A DNA stretch of 64,000 bases from Candidatus Latescibacterota bacterium (GTDB lineage Bacteria; Latescibacterota; UBA2968; SICM01). Location of the stretch: NCBI GenBank assembly GCA_965217865.1, contig CBDCJO010000002.1, positions 3,040,001-3,104,000 on the forward strand, read 5' to 3'. A program made the translations under genes and the position numbers. Positions within the stretch are counted from its first letter, which is position 1. Each line of letters begins with the position of its first letter. Positions 19,556 to 29,275 of the stretch are shown here, piece after piece. The notes under the pieces are model-generated. The model saw nothing but the letters and a program-made list of their open reading frames with translations, was not told where the DNA came from and searched no databases.

Positions 19556-20014
19556 TTACTTAACTTCCACCGCAATCTGGCGGGGTTTCGCCTCCTCGAC
19601 CTTGGGCAATGTCAGGCGGAGCACGCCATCTTTGTATGTGGCCTTGATCTCATCCGCCACCACGGTGGCAGACAGTCTGAACGATCGGGAGAAGGATCCA
19701 TAGGTTCGTTCCAAGCGGTGTAAGTTGTCTTTTTCCGACTTCTCCTCCCGCTTCCTCTCACCGCTGAAGGTCAGGACATTGTCCGCCACATTGACCTTGA
19801 TACCGTCCTTGTTGACCCCCGGCAGGTCGGCTGTGACGATCAGCTCGTTTTCGGTCTCTGCGATATCGACCGATGGACTCCAAATCCCTCGGAGTTCGTC
19901 TCCATCGAAGAAAGGTCGATCGAGCAGATGGTCGAAGATCCGACTCACTTCGTTCTGGATGTCCCAGTCCCGGGGGTGGAAACTACTCGTTGGTCGCCAT
20001 CGTACGAGTGACAT
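19556..20014 (-). CDS. Hsp20/alpha-crystallin small heat shock protein
   Basis: WSPSVDIAET, ADLPGV, ERTYGSFSRSF, ATYKDGVLRLTLPK. Confidence 0.97.
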   Translation of the reverse strand: MSLVRWRPTSSFHPRDWDIQNEVSRIFDHLLDRPFFDGDELRGIWSPSVDIAETENELIVTADLPGVNKDGIKVNVADNVLTFSGERKREEKSEKDNLHRLERTYGSFSRSFRLSATVVADEIKATYKDGVLRLTLPKVEEAKPRQIAVEVK

Positions 20015-20113
20015 GGTGTCATACCTCCTTAATAATCTTAGATTTTTATGTTGTCTGATAGCTTTCGAAAGATGAGCCCACCGGTGACTCTTTTGCGCTC
20101 ACTGATTGGATAT

Positions 20114-20129
20114 TGCAATTCATATGCCA
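20114..20129 (-). promoter_or_regulatory. Sigma-54 (-24/-12) promoter upstream of hsp20
   Basis: Minus strand TGGCATATGAATTGCA, GG-N10-GC spacing. Confidence 0.75.
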
Positions 20130-20158
20130 AAGACCACAAATCAATATATATTGAGGTT

Positions 20159-20171
20159 TATCAATCAATTA
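20159..20171 (+). promoter_or_regulatory. IHF binding site
   Basis: TATCAATCAATTA matches WATCAANNNNTTR; lies between the sigma-54 site and an upstream palindrome. Confidence 0.6.
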
Positions 20172-20205
20172 AGTTCAAGATTGAATTCGACAAGGCGCCG
20201 GAGAA

Positions 20206-20224
20206 TGCTGCCATAACGGCAGCA
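20206..20224. promoter_or_regulatory. Palindromic candidate enhancer (bEBP UAS)
   Basis: TGCTGCC-ATAAC-GGCAGCA perfect 7-bp inverted repeat ~80-95 bp upstream of the -24 element. Confidence 0.5.
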
Positions 20225-20297
20225 AGGGTGCAATGTGGCCGAGGATTTCAGGAACTTCTGACGGTCTGCCTGCCAAGAAGTGATAATCCAACAGGGT

Positions 20298-20334
20298 AAA
20301 AAGAAGCCCTCCTGACCTCATCGTTCAGGAGGGC
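20298..20334 (-). terminator. Intrinsic terminator after moeB
   Basis: GCCCTCCTGA...TCAGGAGGGC followed by TTCTTTTT. Confidence 0.8.
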
Positions 20335-20358
20335 GCGTTCATAAGAGGAAGGAGCGGG

Positions 20359-21528
20359 CTAGTCCGCAGCATCGGTTCGCCGGGGGGGGAGTCCGCAGAA
20401 CTGTTCGTAATCGATCAATTGCGTGACGGTGGGGTTGTCACCGCAGACCGGGCATTCGGGATTTCGGCGTACCTTCAGGGTGCGGAAGGTCATTTCCAGG
20501 GCGTCGTATATCATCAATCGACCGATAAGGGGTTGGCCCTTTCCGATGATGAGTTTGATGGCCTCTGTTGCCTGCACGAGGCCGATCATCCCTGGGAGAA
20601 CTCCCAGAACCCCTGCATCCGCACAGCTGGGGACCATCCCCGGGGGAGGGGGCTCCGGGTAGAGGCAGCGGTAGCAGGGTCCTTCACCGGGTGCGTAGAC
20701 CGTTGCCTGTCCCTCGAATCTGTAAATGCTGCCGTCCACGATGGTTTTTTTCTCAAAGACGCAAGCGTCGTTCAGGAGGTATCTGGTCGGGAAGTTGTCG
20801 CACCCGTTGATGATGATGTCATAACCCCGGATGATATCCAATGCGTTTTCGGACGACAGCCGAGTCTGGTAGGGCCGGATGTTGCAGCCGGGGTTCAGTT
20901 CAGACATGGTTTCGATCGCGGACTGCGTCTTTGGACGACCCAGGTCCGATGTCCCGTGGAGGACCTGCCGCTGGAGATTGGAAAGATCGACGTAGTCGGC
21001 ATCAACGATTCCGATGGTTCCGACACCGGCTGCGGCGAGATAGAGCCCGGTCGGACATCCGAGGCCCCCCGCCCCAACCAGGAGGACCCGGGCATCTAAA
21101 AGACTGGCCTGACCCTTTTCACCCACTTCCGGTACCATGAAGTGACGGGCGTATCGCTGCATCTGTTCAGGATTGAATGATCGTTCCTTCACGGTGGGCA
21201 ACCCATCCCCCGACCACCCTTCGTACCCATCGGACATCGACGAAACATCGGAGTAACCCATCAGCTTAAGGGTTTTCGCGGCCAACGCGGATCGTATTCC
21301 GTTGTCGCCATAAACGACGATGGGCGCGGACCGATCGGCCACGTTGTTCTCAATCTGCAACTCCAAAAATCCTCTTGGGAGGTTTATCGCGCCCGGGAGA
21401 TGCCCATCGATGTACTCCTCCCGTTCCCTGATATCGATGATGACAAGATCCGTTTGCGTATTCAGCCTCGCGTTAACCTCCCGCGAGTGGGTTTCCTGGT
21501 GCGTATTCTCATCGTTTGATTTACGCAT
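20359..21528 (-). CDS. moeB: MoeB/ThiF-family adenylyltransferase with N-terminal rhodanese-like domain
   Basis: RYARH, GAGGLG, SNLQRQ, PCYRC, CADAGVLG, CPVC; rhodanese DIREREEYIDGHLPGA. Confidence 0.9.
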   Translation of the reverse strand: MRKSNDENTHQETHSREVNARLNTQTDLVIIDIREREEYIDGHLPGAINLPRGFLELQIENNVADRSAPIVVYGDNGIRSALAAKTLKLMGYSDVSSMSDGYEGWSGDGLPTVKERSFNPEQMQRYARHFMVPEVGEKGQASLLDARVLLVGAGGLGCPTGLYLAAAGVGTIGIVDADYVDLSNLQRQVLHGTSDLGRPKTQSAIETMSELNPGCNIRPYQTRLSSENALDIIRGYDIIINGCDNFPTRYLLNDACVFEKKTIVDGSIYRFEGQATVYAPGEGPCYRCLYPEPPPPGMVPSCADAGVLGVLPGMIGLVQATEAIKLIIGKGQPLIGRLMIYDALEMTFRTLKVRRNPECPVCGDNPTVTQLIDYEQFCGLPPRRTDAAD

Positions 21529-21619
21529 TCGAAAACTCCTTAAGAGAGAGGTGCCGAGATTACCCCGCCTTTTGGTTTGGGCGGGGAGTTTCGTGTGACG
21601 TCAGGGACTTCCGAACACG

Positions 21620-21922
21620 TCAAACCTCAACCATGACATCGGTTCCCTGCACCTGGACGGGATAGGTCTCGACGCAGATCGTCGCGTCCATTTGACAACC
21701 TCCCGTCTTGACATTGTACTCCCAACCGTGCCAGGGACAGGTGACGATTTCGGCCTCCAGGTCGCCTTCTCCCAGTGGACCGCCCAGATGCTTGCAAGTG
21801 TTATCGATAGCGTAGTAGGTTCCACCCAGGTTAAAAAGGGCGATCTCCTTTCCGTCGGCCGTTACGACCGATCCCGTGCCTGGATCGATTTCCTCTACCG
21901 TCGCAACCTTGACCAGGGCCAT
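21620..21922 (-). CDS. Rieske [2Fe-2S] ferredoxin
   Basis: CKH...CPWHG. Confidence 0.95.
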   Translation of the reverse strand: MALVKVATVEEIDPGTGSVVTADGKEIALFNLGGTYYAIDNTCKHLGGPLGEGDLEAEIVTCPWHGWEYNVKTGGCQMDATICVETYPVQVQGTDVMVEV

Positions 21923-21940
21923 GCTGTTCCTCCTTCGTGT

Positions 21941-22744
21941 TCAGTCCGCCGTAATTTGCTCGAGAAGCTTTTTTGCGATATCCCCGAATACCCGGGCTTC
22001 ATCCGAATCCGGGTCAGACGCAGTCACCGGGATCCCCTCATCGCCGCTCTGACGAATCAACGGGTTGATCGGGAGCTGGCCCAACAACGGGACCCTGAAC
22101 TTTTCGCTGATGTCGAGGCCCCCTCCCCTCCCAAAGACTTCCGTCCGTTCACCGCAGCAAGGACAGGTGAAGCCGCTCATGTTCTCGACCACCCCGAGTA
22201 CCGGTACATCCAGTTTTCCGAACATCTCCACACCCCTTCGAACGTCTTCCAAGGCCACGTCCTGAGGGGTGGTCACAATCACAGCGCCGCTGACTTTCGC
22301 GGACTGCACCAAGGTTAACGAAGCGTCTCCCGTGCCCGGGGGCATGTCCACAAGCAAACAATCCAGGTTTCCCCAGGCCACTTCAACCATAAACTTCTGG
22401 ATCATCTGGGAGACGAGCGGACCTCGCCAGACCACGGGGGTTTGATCGTTGGCGATCAGTCCGATCGACATGAATTTGATGCCGTGACGTTCCGCAGGGA
22501 CGACCTTGCCGTTTGAGAAGGCGGGTTCCGACCGCACACCCATCATGATGTGCATGCTCGGACCGTAGATATCCGCGTCCAGGAGGCCAACCCGCGCCCC
22601 CGTCCGCCCCATGGCCACGGCCAGATTCGCGCTGACGGTCGATTTTCCCACGCCTCCTTTACAGCTCGCGACCGAGAGCACGGATCGTATATCCGGGACC
22701 AGGTTCCGATATTCGACTGGCCGTATGGGTGCGGTTCGGGCCAC
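21941..22744 (-). CDS. mrp: Mrp/ApbC/NBP35 Fe-S cluster carrier ATPase
   Basis: KGGVGKST, DADIYGPS, WRGP, DMPPGTGD, ENMS...CPCC. Confidence 0.95.
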   Translation of the reverse strand: MARTAPIRPVEYRNLVPDIRSVLSVASCKGGVGKSTVSANLAVAMGRTGARVGLLDADIYGPSMHIMMGVRSEPAFSNGKVVPAERHGIKFMSIGLIANDQTPVVWRGPLVSQMIQKFMVEVAWGNLDCLLVDMPPGTGDASLTLVQSAKVSGAVIVTTPQDVALEDVRRGVEMFGKLDVPVLGVVENMSGFTCPCCGERTEVFGRGGGLDISEKFRVPLLGQLPINPLIRQSGDEGIPVTASDPDSDEARVFGDIAKKLLEQITAD

Positions 22745-22745
22745 C

Positions 22746-23975
22746 TCAGGTCACCCCCGCTTCGTCCATGGCCTTCTCCCCTTGGGGCCTCCCCGATCGA
22801 GGGGAGACTTCCCGAAGCCTCTCGACCTCCTGAATCACACGTTTCGCCGCGTAGTCGACCTCTTCCCGTGTGTTGAATCGTCCCAGACCGAACCGCAGAC
22901 TGTTATGCGCCAGATCCCTGCCGACGCCCATGGCGCGCAGGACATAGGAGGGTTGCACCGTCGCCGAAGTGCAGGCAGAGCCGGATGAAAGTGCGATCTC
23001 TTTGAGCCCCAACAGCAACAATTCCCCTTCCACATCATCGAAGCTGAGATTGAGGTTTCCAGGCAGACGATCCTCTGGATGACCGTTGAGGTAGACATCC
23101 GGCAACTTCCCGACGATACCCGCTTTGAGACGGTCCCGCAAGGCCTTTATCATTTTACCCTCCGATGCCATCTCCCCTTTGCAGATCTCACAGGCCTTCC
23201 CCAGACCCACGATTCCCGGGACGTTTAGCGATCCACTCCGGATCCCCCGTTCATGGCCACCCCCGTCGATCTGAGCGGAGATACGGGCCCTGGGCCTGCG
23301 GCTCCGAAGATAGAGCGCGCCCACGCCTTTCGGACCGTATATTTTATGCCCCGAAAGGCTTAACAGGTCCACCCCCATCCGGTCCACGTGGACATCGACT
23401 TTTCCCACTGCCTGGGCCGCATCGGAGTGAAACAGAACGCCTTTCTCCTTGCAGACCTTACCGATCGCCTCCATCTGCTGCAGCGTCCCAACCTCATTAT
23501 TGGCGACCATAATCGTTACGAGGATGGTTTTGTCCGAAATGGTTTCCCTCACCTGCTCGGCTTCCACTCGTCCAAATCTGTCGACCGGAAGATAGGTCAC
23601 TCGATAACCCCGACTCTCCAGGGATTTGCACGCATCCAGGACGGCCCTGTGCTCGGTCACTTGCGTGACGATGTGGTCCCCGCGATCCCGGTAGAATTCG
23701 CAAACGCCTTTGATAGCCAGGTTGTTCGCCTCGGTCGCCCCGCTCGTGAACACAATCTCCTTGGGGGACGCCCCGATCATTCCGCTGACCTCTTCCCTGG
23801 AAAGTTCCACGGCGGCGTCGGCCTCCCAGCCGAACCGGTGAGTGCGGGATGCCGCATTGCCGAACCGTTCGGAAAAAAAGGGAAGGATCGCGTCTAACAC
23901 CTTGGAGTCCACGGGCGTCGTCGCATGACAGTCCATGTATATAGGTAACTTTATCAAAGCGATGTCCTTCGCCAA
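22746..23975 (-). CDS. iscS: Cysteine desulfurase (IscS subfamily); true start may be slightly downstream
   Basis: IYMDCHATTP, FTSGATE, SGHKIYGPKG, SSGSACTS. Confidence 0.96.
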   Translation of the reverse strand: MAKDIALIKLPIYMDCHATTPVDSKVLDAILPFFSERFGNAASRTHRFGWEADAAVELSREEVSGMIGASPKEIVFTSGATEANNLAIKGVCEFYRDRGDHIVTQVTEHRAVLDACKSLESRGYRVTYLPVDRFGRVEAEQVRETISDKTILVTIMVANNEVGTLQQMEAIGKVCKEKGVLFHSDAAQAVGKVDVHVDRMGVDLLSLSGHKIYGPKGVGALYLRSRRPRARISAQIDGGGHERGIRSGSLNVPGIVGLGKACEICKGEMASEGKMIKALRDRLKAGIVGKLPDVYLNGHPEDRLPGNLNLSFDDVEGELLLLGLKEIALSSGSACTSATVQPSYVLRAMGVGRDLAHNSLRFGLGRFNTREEVDYAAKRVIQEVERLREVSPRSGRPQGEKAMDEAGVT

Positions 23976-24065
23976 GGCCGCAGGAATAACATTAAGGGAT
24001 AAAATTATAATAACGAATTCATGTTTGGCGTCAAGACGGATTTTTCTTCGCCGGATTTTCGCCTC

Positions 24066-24986
24066 TTACTCATCAAACATAGCATCTACGAAAACCTCAG
24101 GGTCGAAATCCTGAAGGTCGTCGATTCCCTCTCCCATGCTGACCCACCGCACCGGAAGTCCGAGCAACCGGCTGATTGCGATGACGACCCCCCCCTTTGC
24201 CGTGCCATCCAGCTTTGTCAGAATGACGCCGGTCAGGCCAAGCGCGGCGTGAAATTCCCGAGCCTGGATGAAACCGTTCTGGCCGGTGGTGGCGTCAAGA
24301 ACCAGGAGCGTCTCGTGGGGGGAACCCGGTTGGGATTTCTGGATGACCCGGTGGATTTTTTTCACCTCCTCCATCAAGTTGACATTGGTATGGAGGCGAC
24401 CCGCGGTATCCACGATCAAGAAATCGGCTCCCCTCGCCCGGGCGGCGGACAAAGCGTCGAAGGCCACCGAGCCCGGGTCGGCCCCAGTTTGATGCCGGAC
24501 CAGATGGGCCTGGGAACGGTCCGCCCATACTGCAAGTTGATCGATGGCGGCTGCCCGGAAGGTGTCGCAGGCAGCCAGAACAACCTCGAGATTTCCCACC
24601 GTATATCGGGCGGCCAGCTTTCCGACGGCGGTGGTTTTCCCGACTCCGTTGATCCCCACGACAAGGATGACCCGGGGGCCGTCTTGCTCCGGAACCCTTG
24701 GAATATGAGAGGGGAGGGGGATCTCAAGGATTTTGAGGATCTCCTCTTTCAGAAGTGCTTTGACATGATTCTCATCCGCTGGGTTGTCGGTCCCAACCCG
24801 ACGACGCAATGCCTCCACAAGATAAAAGGCGGATTCGACTCCAGCATCCGCCTCGATCAGTATGCCTTCGATCTGGTCAAGAACCTCTTCGTCAAGATGC
24901 CCCCCCCTTCGAAGGATCTTCGTGAGGCGCATCGTGATATTTGTGCGGGTCTTGAGGAGGCCCTCTTTGAACTTCGACAATTGCAT
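24066..24986 (-). CDS. ftsY: Signal recognition particle receptor FtsY
   Basis: GINGVGKTT, DTFRAAA, DTAGR, TKLDGTAKGG. Confidence 0.98.
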   Translation of the reverse strand: MQLSKFKEGLLKTRTNITMRLTKILRRGGHLDEEVLDQIEGILIEADAGVESAFYLVEALRRRVGTDNPADENHVKALLKEEILKILEIPLPSHIPRVPEQDGPRVILVVGINGVGKTTAVGKLAARYTVGNLEVVLAACDTFRAAAIDQLAVWADRSQAHLVRHQTGADPGSVAFDALSAARARGADFLIVDTAGRLHTNVNLMEEVKKIHRVIQKSQPGSPHETLLVLDATTGQNGFIQAREFHAALGLTGVILTKLDGTAKGGVVIAISRLLGLPVRWVSMGEGIDDLQDFDPEVFVDAMFDE

Positions 24987-25036
24987 CCGAACAGGTCTGG
25001 AATTAGTGGGAATTGGACCAAGACGGGGAACGGGTT

Positions 25037-26485
25037 TCAGGGAGGGGTTATGTCTGACAGAGTCGCACGGTTCCTGCCCAAGCTCTTTGACTTGTATAGG
25101 GCCTGGTCGGCGATCTCCATGAGGTTCTCGGGTGTGTCGATCTTAGGATTGGGGCAAGTGGCAACCCCGAGGCTCACCGTGATGTCGATCGGACCTTTAT
25201 CGAGCTTGAACGCATGGCTGGCGATCTTTTCCCGGATCCGATCGGCCTTCAGGAGCCCCTGCTGGGCGTTCGTCTCGGGCAAAAGCATCACGAATTCTTC
25301 TCCGCCGTATCGGGCAAGGATGTCGGACTCCCTGGATGTATTCCTGAGGATATTGGAGACCTCTTCCAGGACCAAGTCCCCCTGCAAATGACCGTAGGTG
25401 TCGTTAACTGCCTTGAAGTGGTCGATGTCGAGGATGACCAGGGAGAGGATGGATTGGTATCTTTGCGACCTGTCGAACTCCTGACCGAGGCGGTCGACGA
25501 AAGCCCGATAATTGAGAAGGCCAGTGAGACCGTCGGTGAGGGCAAGCGTACGGGTATGGTGATGCAAAGACGCGTTGTCCAGCGCGAGGGCGGCAAGATT
25601 TCCGACGATGTAGGGTAGATATTGTACGTTCTGTGACACGGCCGTCCCAGCAGCCAGGTTGTAAACACCCAGGATTCCGATCATCTTGTCCTGAACGGAC
25701 AAGGGTGCCTTCATCGACTGTGCGGACGACTCGAGGGTTTTCGGTTTTTCCCCCACGAGTCGCGCCTGGTGAATCGTCTCGATCTGGTCTTCATCTATTT
25801 CCTTCCTCTGGAGGGTGCGCCAGGAGGTTTGCGCGTCGATCCGGATATCATGGAGGGTTGTCTCAGACATCGGCCAGTCGCTGAATATATAGAGTTTTGC
25901 CTTGCTGTCCTCCGTCAGGAAAAGGAATGCACCCTCGCATCGGACGATGGAGATAAGGCTTCCAAGGACCGTGTCGATGATAAGCTGACTATCCATCGTG
26001 GACATCAGCCTTTTCCCCATCTCGTAAAGCTGAAGCACCTGTTCCAAATGTGCAACCAGTTCAATGTCCGACTCAGAGGCCTTGCGCATGATCTGATCCA
26101 CATTGACTGCGAACTGCCTCTTGGCCAGCGCCTCTTTCACCCGCATATCCACTTCTGAAAAGGTGATCGGTTTCTGGATGTAGGCCGATGCGCCCAGTCC
26201 GATGGCTTCAGAGGCATGCTCCGCTTTTCCGTAGCCGCTGAGCATAATAACCTCTGCCGTTGGCTGCAGCTGTTTGATCGATTTAATCACTTCCAGACCG
26301 GACATGTCCCCCAGATCGAGGTCTGTGATGGCCACATCGAAAGTCTTCTCGCTGATCGTCTGGATGGCCTCCTTGCCAGACATGGCCACATCCACCGTAT
26401 AACCGGAACTCTCAAGGAACTGCTTGAGAATGTCACAGATGTCTTCGTCGTCATCAATGACGAGCGTTTTGATGTTGGAATCCAT
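25037..26485 (-). CDS. Diguanylate cyclase (receiver-GAF-GGDEF)
   Basis: IDDD...ITD receiver, GAF-like middle, DIDHFKAVND, RESD I-site, RYGGEEF. Confidence 0.93.
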   Translation of the reverse strand: MDSNIKTLVIDDDEDICDILKQFLESSGYTVDVAMSGKEAIQTISEKTFDVAITDLDLGDMSGLEVIKSIKQLQPTAEVIMLSGYGKAEHASEAIGLGASAYIQKPITFSEVDMRVKEALAKRQFAVNVDQIMRKASESDIELVAHLEQVLQLYEMGKRLMSTMDSQLIIDTVLGSLISIVRCEGAFLFLTEDSKAKLYIFSDWPMSETTLHDIRIDAQTSWRTLQRKEIDEDQIETIHQARLVGEKPKTLESSAQSMKAPLSVQDKMIGILGVYNLAAGTAVSQNVQYLPYIVGNLAALALDNASLHHHTRTLALTDGLTGLLNYRAFVDRLGQEFDRSQRYQSILSLVILDIDHFKAVNDTYGHLQGDLVLEEVSNILRNTSRESDILARYGGEEFVMLLPETNAQQGLLKADRIREKIASHAFKLDKGPIDITVSLGVATCPNPKIDTPENLMEIADQALYKSKSLGRNRATLSDITPP

Positions 26486-26535
26486 ATTCGAAGATGCGTG
26501 CGTTGGGGTCGATTAGAATGTCGGGAACATCAAGC

Positions 26536-27405
26536 CTATTGCGCCAGAGAGGAGATTAACTCGATCAGGCGTTCGAGGTCTCCATCGTTATAAAACGCGA
26601 CTTCAATCTTTCCCCCCTTTCCTCTTCTTGTGATCTTAACGGAGGTTCCCAAGCTCCTCTGCAGGCTCTCCTGGAGGGAGATCATCGTAGGGTCGCTGGG
26701 GACCGCATGTTTTCTTTTCGGGATTCTCCGCGATGAGGATTTGACCAGCCCTTCAACCTTTCGGACCGTCAGGCCTTCTTTTAGGATGCGCCCGCATAGT
26801 TTGAACTGGGCCTCTTCGTCTTCAAAGGCCAAAAGGGCCCTTGCGTGACCCATCGAAAGATCGCCAACGGCGAGGTGGTCCTGGAGCTCCGGAGGGAGCT
26901 TGAGCAAGCGGAGGGTGTTCGCCACAGTGGAGCGTTCCTTTCCCACCCGCTGGGAGACATCCTCCTGGGTCAGGTGACACTGATCAATCAACATCCGGAA
27001 GGCCTTTGCAGCTTCGATCGGGTTAAGATTCTCCCTTTGAATGTTCTCGATCAGAGATAATTCCATCATCTCCTCAGGCGAGGAGACTTCCATCACGACA
27101 GCGGGAATCCTCTCCATGCCGGCTTGCCGTGCTGCCCTCAACCGTCTTTCGCCGGCGATGAGCTGATATCCTTCACCAAGCCGCCGGACGTTAACGGGCT
27201 GGATGATCCCCTTTTCAAGTATCGACTGCTTTAATTCCTCGATATGATCGGGATTGAACTCCGTTCGCGGCTGGTATGGATTCGGGCTGATCTCAGAAAT
27301 ATCGATGTCGACGATCCGGGCGCCGTCGTCATGAGCAGGCTCCCCCATGACCAAATCCGGTATGAGGGCCCCTAACCCCTTGCCCAGGGCACTTCGTTTA
27401 GCCAT
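26536..27405 (-). CDS. parB: Chromosome partitioning protein ParB
   Basis: LGKGLGAL, NPYQPR, AGERRLRA, ENIQRENL. Confidence 0.97.
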   Translation of the reverse strand: MAKRSALGKGLGALIPDLVMGEPAHDDGARIVDIDISEISPNPYQPRTEFNPDHIEELKQSILEKGIIQPVNVRRLGEGYQLIAGERRLRAARQAGMERIPAVVMEVSSPEEMMELSLIENIQRENLNPIEAAKAFRMLIDQCHLTQEDVSQRVGKERSTVANTLRLLKLPPELQDHLAVGDLSMGHARALLAFEDEEAQFKLCGRILKEGLTVRKVEGLVKSSSRRIPKRKHAVPSDPTMISLQESLQRSLGTSVKITRRGKGGKIEVAFYNDGDLERLIELISSLAQ

Positions 27406-28159
27406 TGGAAATGACCTCCCCCGCGAGTTTCAGGTAACTTTGTGCGCCGGAAGACATCACATCGTAGAGGATGATCGGTTTCCCAAAACTGGGGGCCTCG
27501 CCAAGTTTGACGTTTCGGGTGATGGCGGTGTGAAAAACCTTCTCCCCAAAATACGATTTGGCCTCATCGGCCACCTGGCGGGAGAGGTTGAGACGGGAAT
27601 CGTACATGGTCAACAGAACCCCCTCGATTTCCAAACCCGGGTTGAGATCCTTCTGTATGAGTTTTATCGTGTGAAGGAGCTTTCCCAAACCCTCCAGGGC
27701 ATAGTATTCGCACTGAATGGGGATGAGGATGGAATCGGCGGCCGTCAGGGTGTTGAGCGTCAATAAGGAAAGGGAGGGCGGGCAATCGATCAAGATATAT
27801 TCATAGTCGTCTCTGAGGGAGGTGAGGACAGATTGAAGCCGACGCTCACGGGAAATCATACCTACCATTTCGATTTCGGCCCCTGTTAACCGGACGTGCG
27901 ATGGGATCAGTTTGAGGAACGGGATCTCTGTCTCCCGTAAGACCTCTTGGACCGGATAGTCTGACACCAGCACCTCGTAGATGCTGGGGTCGGAATCGCT
28001 AAGCGTCACACCGCACCCACTGGTGGCGTTGGCCTGCGGGTCGATATCGATCAGCAGCGTGTGTTTTTCCGCAGCCGAAAGACAAGCCGCCAAGTTGACG
28101 GCCGTGGTGGTTTTTCCGACGCCGCCTTTCTGGTTGGCGACGGCAATGACCTTAGACAT
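27398..28159 (-). CDS. parA: Chromosome partitioning ATPase ParA/Soj
   Basis: NQKGGVGKTTT, DIDPQANAT, IDCPPSL, QCEYYALEG. Confidence 0.97.
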   Translation of the reverse strand: MSKVIAVANQKGGVGKTTTAVNLAACLSAAEKHTLLIDIDPQANATSGCGVTLSDSDPSIYEVLVSDYPVQEVLRETEIPFLKLIPSHVRLTGAEIEMVGMISRERRLQSVLTSLRDDYEYILIDCPPSLSLLTLNTLTAADSILIPIQCEYYALEGLGKLLHTIKLIQKDLNPGLEIEGVLLTMYDSRLNLSRQVADEAKSYFGEKVFHTAITRNVKLGEAPSFGKPIILYDVMSSGAQSYLKLAGEVISNG

Positions 28160-28268
28160 GGCGCCTGAATCGGGGATGGTTATGGCTGGAACGCATATTA
28201 AATATATCCGATGGCCCGACTAAATGCAAGTGGAAGAAAACTCGCCGAAGACGCGGTTTGGGTTCAAA

Positions 28269-29240
28269 TCATCCTGTGGATGGGGCGGATTCCGATGCTC
28301 TCGAATGGAACGTCGATGATCTCGTTTCAGAGGACATCGATATTCCCCGCCGCAGGGACTGCTGCACCTGTTCAAGGCCTTCCACCCCCCCGCATCCGCC
28401 GATTCCTCGGCAGTTGACGGCGGCCGTCGCGGTGGCGAACTGGACCGAATCTCTCGTGTCCCATCCGTAGTGAAGACCGCAGATAAGTCCCGCCCTGAAG
28501 GCGTCACCTGCGCCTGTAGCGTCTCTTACGTCCGTCCGGTAGGCGGCCACCGTGATCGAGGTTCCGTCCTCGAAATTGACCCTGCAACCCAGGGATCCCT
28601 GGGTGGTGATCGCCATTCGAACCCCTGCTTTCAACAGGCCAACAGCTACCTCGGCCTGATCCCCCAGATGATGCCGGCGCAGGAAGCCGTCTGAGTTGAT
28701 GACGAAGTCGGCGCTGGCCGCAAGCGGATGGTCGGGGGCAATCTCGACGGCAAGGACGGGGATCCCTTTCTCTTTGGCCATGTGGGCCGCTTTCGCGGCG
28801 TTCGATCCCAGGAAGGGGTCAACGGTTATCAGTGAGACCCCCTCCAGATCGTCGGGCGCAAGGGGGCGACTTCGCATGTCTGGAAAGTGACCGAGGACCG
28901 CCCGGGTTCCGTCCGGTATCGAAAGAATCACGGTATGGGGTGTGCGTATCCCTGTGTCCACGGAGATGCCGGAAGCATCAAGGCCGGGGAAGCGATACAG
29001 TTCGCGGAGGAAAAAGTCCCCGCTCCTGTCGTCACCGATCGCGTTTCCAAGGAGTTTGACCTTAAGGCCCAACCGACTCAGTATGGCAGCGGTGTTGGTT
29101 GCTTCCCCGCCGACGTGTTCGCTGTCGGACAGGATCCGGCCGTGCCCGTCGGGCTCCGGGTGGACGGGTATTCGGAGAATCTGGTCGACGCAGAGGACGC
29201 CGTAGCACAGGATCTTGCCAGGGGGCAGGCTAAAAGTCAT
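28269..29240 (-). CDS. PfkB family carbohydrate kinase
   Basis: GGEATNTA, GDDRSG, DATGAGDAFRAG. Confidence 0.9.
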   Translation of the reverse strand: MTFSLPPGKILCYGVLCVDQILRIPVHPEPDGHGRILSDSEHVGGEATNTAAILSRLGLKVKLLGNAIGDDRSGDFFLRELYRFPGLDASGISVDTGIRTPHTVILSIPDGTRAVLGHFPDMRSRPLAPDDLEGVSLITVDPFLGSNAAKAAHMAKEKGIPVLAVEIAPDHPLAASADFVINSDGFLRRHHLGDQAEVAVGLLKAGVRMAITTQGSLGCRVNFEDGTSITVAAYRTDVRDATGAGDAFRAGLICGLHYGWDTRDSVQFATATAAVNCRGIGGCGGVEGLEQVQQSLRRGISMSSETRSSTFHSRASESAPSTG

Positions 29241-29275
29241 ATGGACCGTGAATGACGCACGGATGGAGGTGCGAT

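Noticed and set aside
18382-20300. CIRCE operator for heat-shock genes
   Set aside because: No TTAGCACTC-N9-GAGTGCTAA seen
24021-25391. 456-aa plus-strand ORF
   Set aside because: Shadow of ftsY and the diguanylate cyclase
26486-28270. parS site or oriC near parAB
   Set aside because: No TGTTTCACGTGAAACA palindrome or DnaA-box cluster seen
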